This document shows positions 62,579 through 64,000 of a stretch of 64,000 nucleotides of DNA, one piece after another (position 1 is the stretch's first letter; each line of letters opens with the position of its first letter). The stretch lies in NCBI GenBank assembly GCA_963843705.1, contig CAWJLQ010000005.1:668552-732551 (forward strand). Direction: 5' to 3'. A program made the translations under genes and the position numbers. This DNA comes from an uncultured Actinomycetes bacterium (GTDB taxonomy: Bacteria; Actinomycetota; Thermoleophilia; Gaiellales; JAICJC01). The notes under the pieces are model-generated. The model had not been told where the DNA came from. It saw only the letters and a list, made by a program, of their open reading frames with translations, and made no database searches.

Positions 62579-63955
62579 TCAATATGTTCCTTGCTGCTTC
62601 AGGTAGGCGGTGATCTGGTTGGCGGCCGTGGTCAGGTGCGACTGGGCGATCTGGGTGTAGTTCGACTTCTGCGCGATCGCCTGCACGAGCGCCTGGTTCA
62701 GCGCCGTGCCGAGCAGGTCCTCCATCTTCGGCTCGTCCGGGGTGCGCGGCTTGGGGATCGAGTTGTCGACGGCGTCGGCGATCGCCGGCAGCCACCGGTA
62801 CTTCGTGGCGAGGGCCGGGTCGCGCAGCGCGGAGCCGGTGACGGCGGCCGACCCGCCGCCCGCGAACTCCTTCTGCACCTTGCTGGACGTGAACCACTCG
62901 AGGAACGTGATCGCCCCCTGGGTGTTCGGCGCACCCGACGCGATGCCGCAGATGAACGTGCCGATGGCGGGGCCGCTCTTCACCTGCTTGGGCGTCGCGG
63001 CGAAGTCGATCTTGCCGACCACCTTGGACTGGGTCGGGTCGTCCACGATGTGGGCCGTGCCGGTGTACTCGGTCATCGCCGTGCAGTGGCCCTGGAGCAT
63101 GACGGCCGTCTCCTGCGACGTGTCGAACGCCGCAACGCCGGACGGCATGTAGGGGATGAACGAGAACAGCCGCTCGAGCGCGCCGACGCCCTCGGGGCCG
63201 GCGAAGCCCGGCGACCAGTCGTCGTTGGCGAAGTTGCCGCCGTAGGCGTTCAGCAGCGGCAGGTAGGTCTGCACGATCGGGTTCCCGGCGACGCCGCGGG
63301 GAGACCAGCCGTACAGGCTCGGCGGGTGCGACTTCATCTTGGCCACGGCGTAGATGTCGTCCCACGTCACCGGCGGGGTCGAGAAGTAGTCCTTGTTGTA
63401 GTAGAGCATCTCGACGTCGTCGATGATCACGAGGGCGTAGAGCTGCGGAGTATCGTTGGCGAACGCCTTCAGGCGCGGCCCGGACTTCGGCGGCCAGTAG
63501 CCCTGATCGAGGCCCTTCTCGAGGATGTCCGGGTTCACCTTCAGACCGAGCTTGGTCATGTTCTGGATGATCCCGCCGGCGGCGTACTCCGGCACCCAGT
63601 TGTCGTCCATGACGTAGATGTCGTAGGCGCCCGTCTTCTGCAGGCCGTCGGTCTTCGAGTTCTGGTACCAGGCGTTGTAGTTCGTCTGCTGGTAGTTGAC
63701 CTTGATCCCCGTCTCCTTGATGAACTTGGGCAGGAAGTCCTGCTGGAACGGGACCATGGCCGGGTCGGAGAAGGTGCCGATCGTGATCGAGCCGCCGGCC
63801 TTGCCGCCGCTGCTGCCGCCCGAGCTCCCGCTCGAGCCGCAGGCGGCCGCCAGCGGGGAGAGTCCGAGCACCGCGCCGGTGCCGAGCGCGCCCTTCACGA
63901 TCTGGCGGCGGGTGTACGAGCGCGAGCTGCGCTCACTGGTCGTGTGGTCGCTCAT
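62579..63955 (-). CDS. Carbohydrate ABC transporter substrate-binding lipoprotein (family 1, Tat-type leader)
   Basis: RRQIVKGALGTGAVLGLSPLAAACGSS leader, followed by SBP_bac_1-like sequence. Confidence 0.9.
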   Translation of the reverse strand: MSDHTTSERSSRSYTRRQIVKGALGTGAVLGLSPLAAACGSSGSSGGSSGGKAGGSITIGTFSDPAMVPFQQDFLPKFIKETGIKVNYQQTNYNAWYQNSKTDGLQKTGAYDIYVMDDNWVPEYAAGGIIQNMTKLGLKVNPDILEKGLDQGYWPPKSGPRLKAFANDTPQLYALVIIDDVEMLYYNKDYFSTPPVTWDDIYAVAKMKSHPPSLYGWSPRGVAGNPIVQTYLPLLNAYGGNFANDDWSPGFAGPEGVGALERLFSFIPYMPSGVAAFDTSQETAVMLQGHCTAMTEYTGTAHIVDDPTQSKVVGKIDFAATPKQVKSGPAIGTFICGIASGAPNTQGAITFLEWFTSSKVQKEFAGGGSAAVTGSALRDPALATKYRWLPAIADAVDNSIPKPRTPDEPKMEDLLGTALNQALVQAIAQKSNYTQIAQSHLTTAANQITAYLKQQGTY

Positions 63956-64000
63956 GCATCGCTCCTGGATTCGACGACGGAGGGGGACTGCGCTGGATCG

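Overview
High-GC (roughly 70%) bacterial chromosome segment. It is almost certainly Actinomycetota, judged from a qcrCAB-type dihaem bc complex, Holin-X/DUF3618 genes, a CsnR-type operator and many 4-nt start/stop overlaps.

The window is densely coding. I found no rRNA, tRNA, CRISPR array, IS element, integrase or prophage.

Gene content, left to right:
- An ABC-2 exporter.
- A CUT2-type sugar ABC operon carrying two copies of its binding-protein gene.
- An orphan CheW plus a CheW-CheC fusion.
- A PfpI protease, then a PuuR-like regulator next to a PotD-like binding protein.
- Several small membrane proteins and an MFS transporter with an unusual tail.
- One long operon encoding a haem-copper oxidase plus the bc complex (ctaC-ctaD-x-qcrC-qcrA-qcrB).
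- A Holin-X/DUF3618 small-membrane-protein operon and a GAF-GGDEF protein.
- A csnR-type chitosan/chito-oligosaccharide uptake and utilisation locus.
- A block of catabolic genes: decarboxylase, CoA ligase, citryl-CoA-lyase-like protein, SDRs, hydantoinase, SMP-30, oxidoreductases, PuuE-like protein, GST, carbamoylase-like M20 hydrolase and aminotransferase.
- An ABC-transporter/iolD/aldolase operon.

I see no clear defence or mobile system. The observations most worth a second look:
1. A perfect 1,152-bp direct repeat that duplicates exactly the mature part of a sugar-binding lipoprotein gene. Most of the repeat has a strand-asymmetric, host-atypical composition.
2. A haem-copper oxidase subunit I that seems to lack the canonical D- and K-channel residues, encoded in one operon with qcrCAB and without a subunit III gene.
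3. QcrB carrying a Holin-X-like tail, next to a Holin-X operon.
4. An approximately 70-nt structured repeat that fills two convergent intergenic gaps, and a CCAATTGG-core palindrome family.
5. CsnR boxes lying inside the first codons of two genes, with back-to-back leaderless-type promoters.
6. At least four genes with frame breaks, either pseudogenes or indel errors.

Gene coordinates were checked against the supplied ORF track. Short-motif coordinates were counted by eye and may be off by 1-2 nt. All family assignments come from motif recognition, not from searches.
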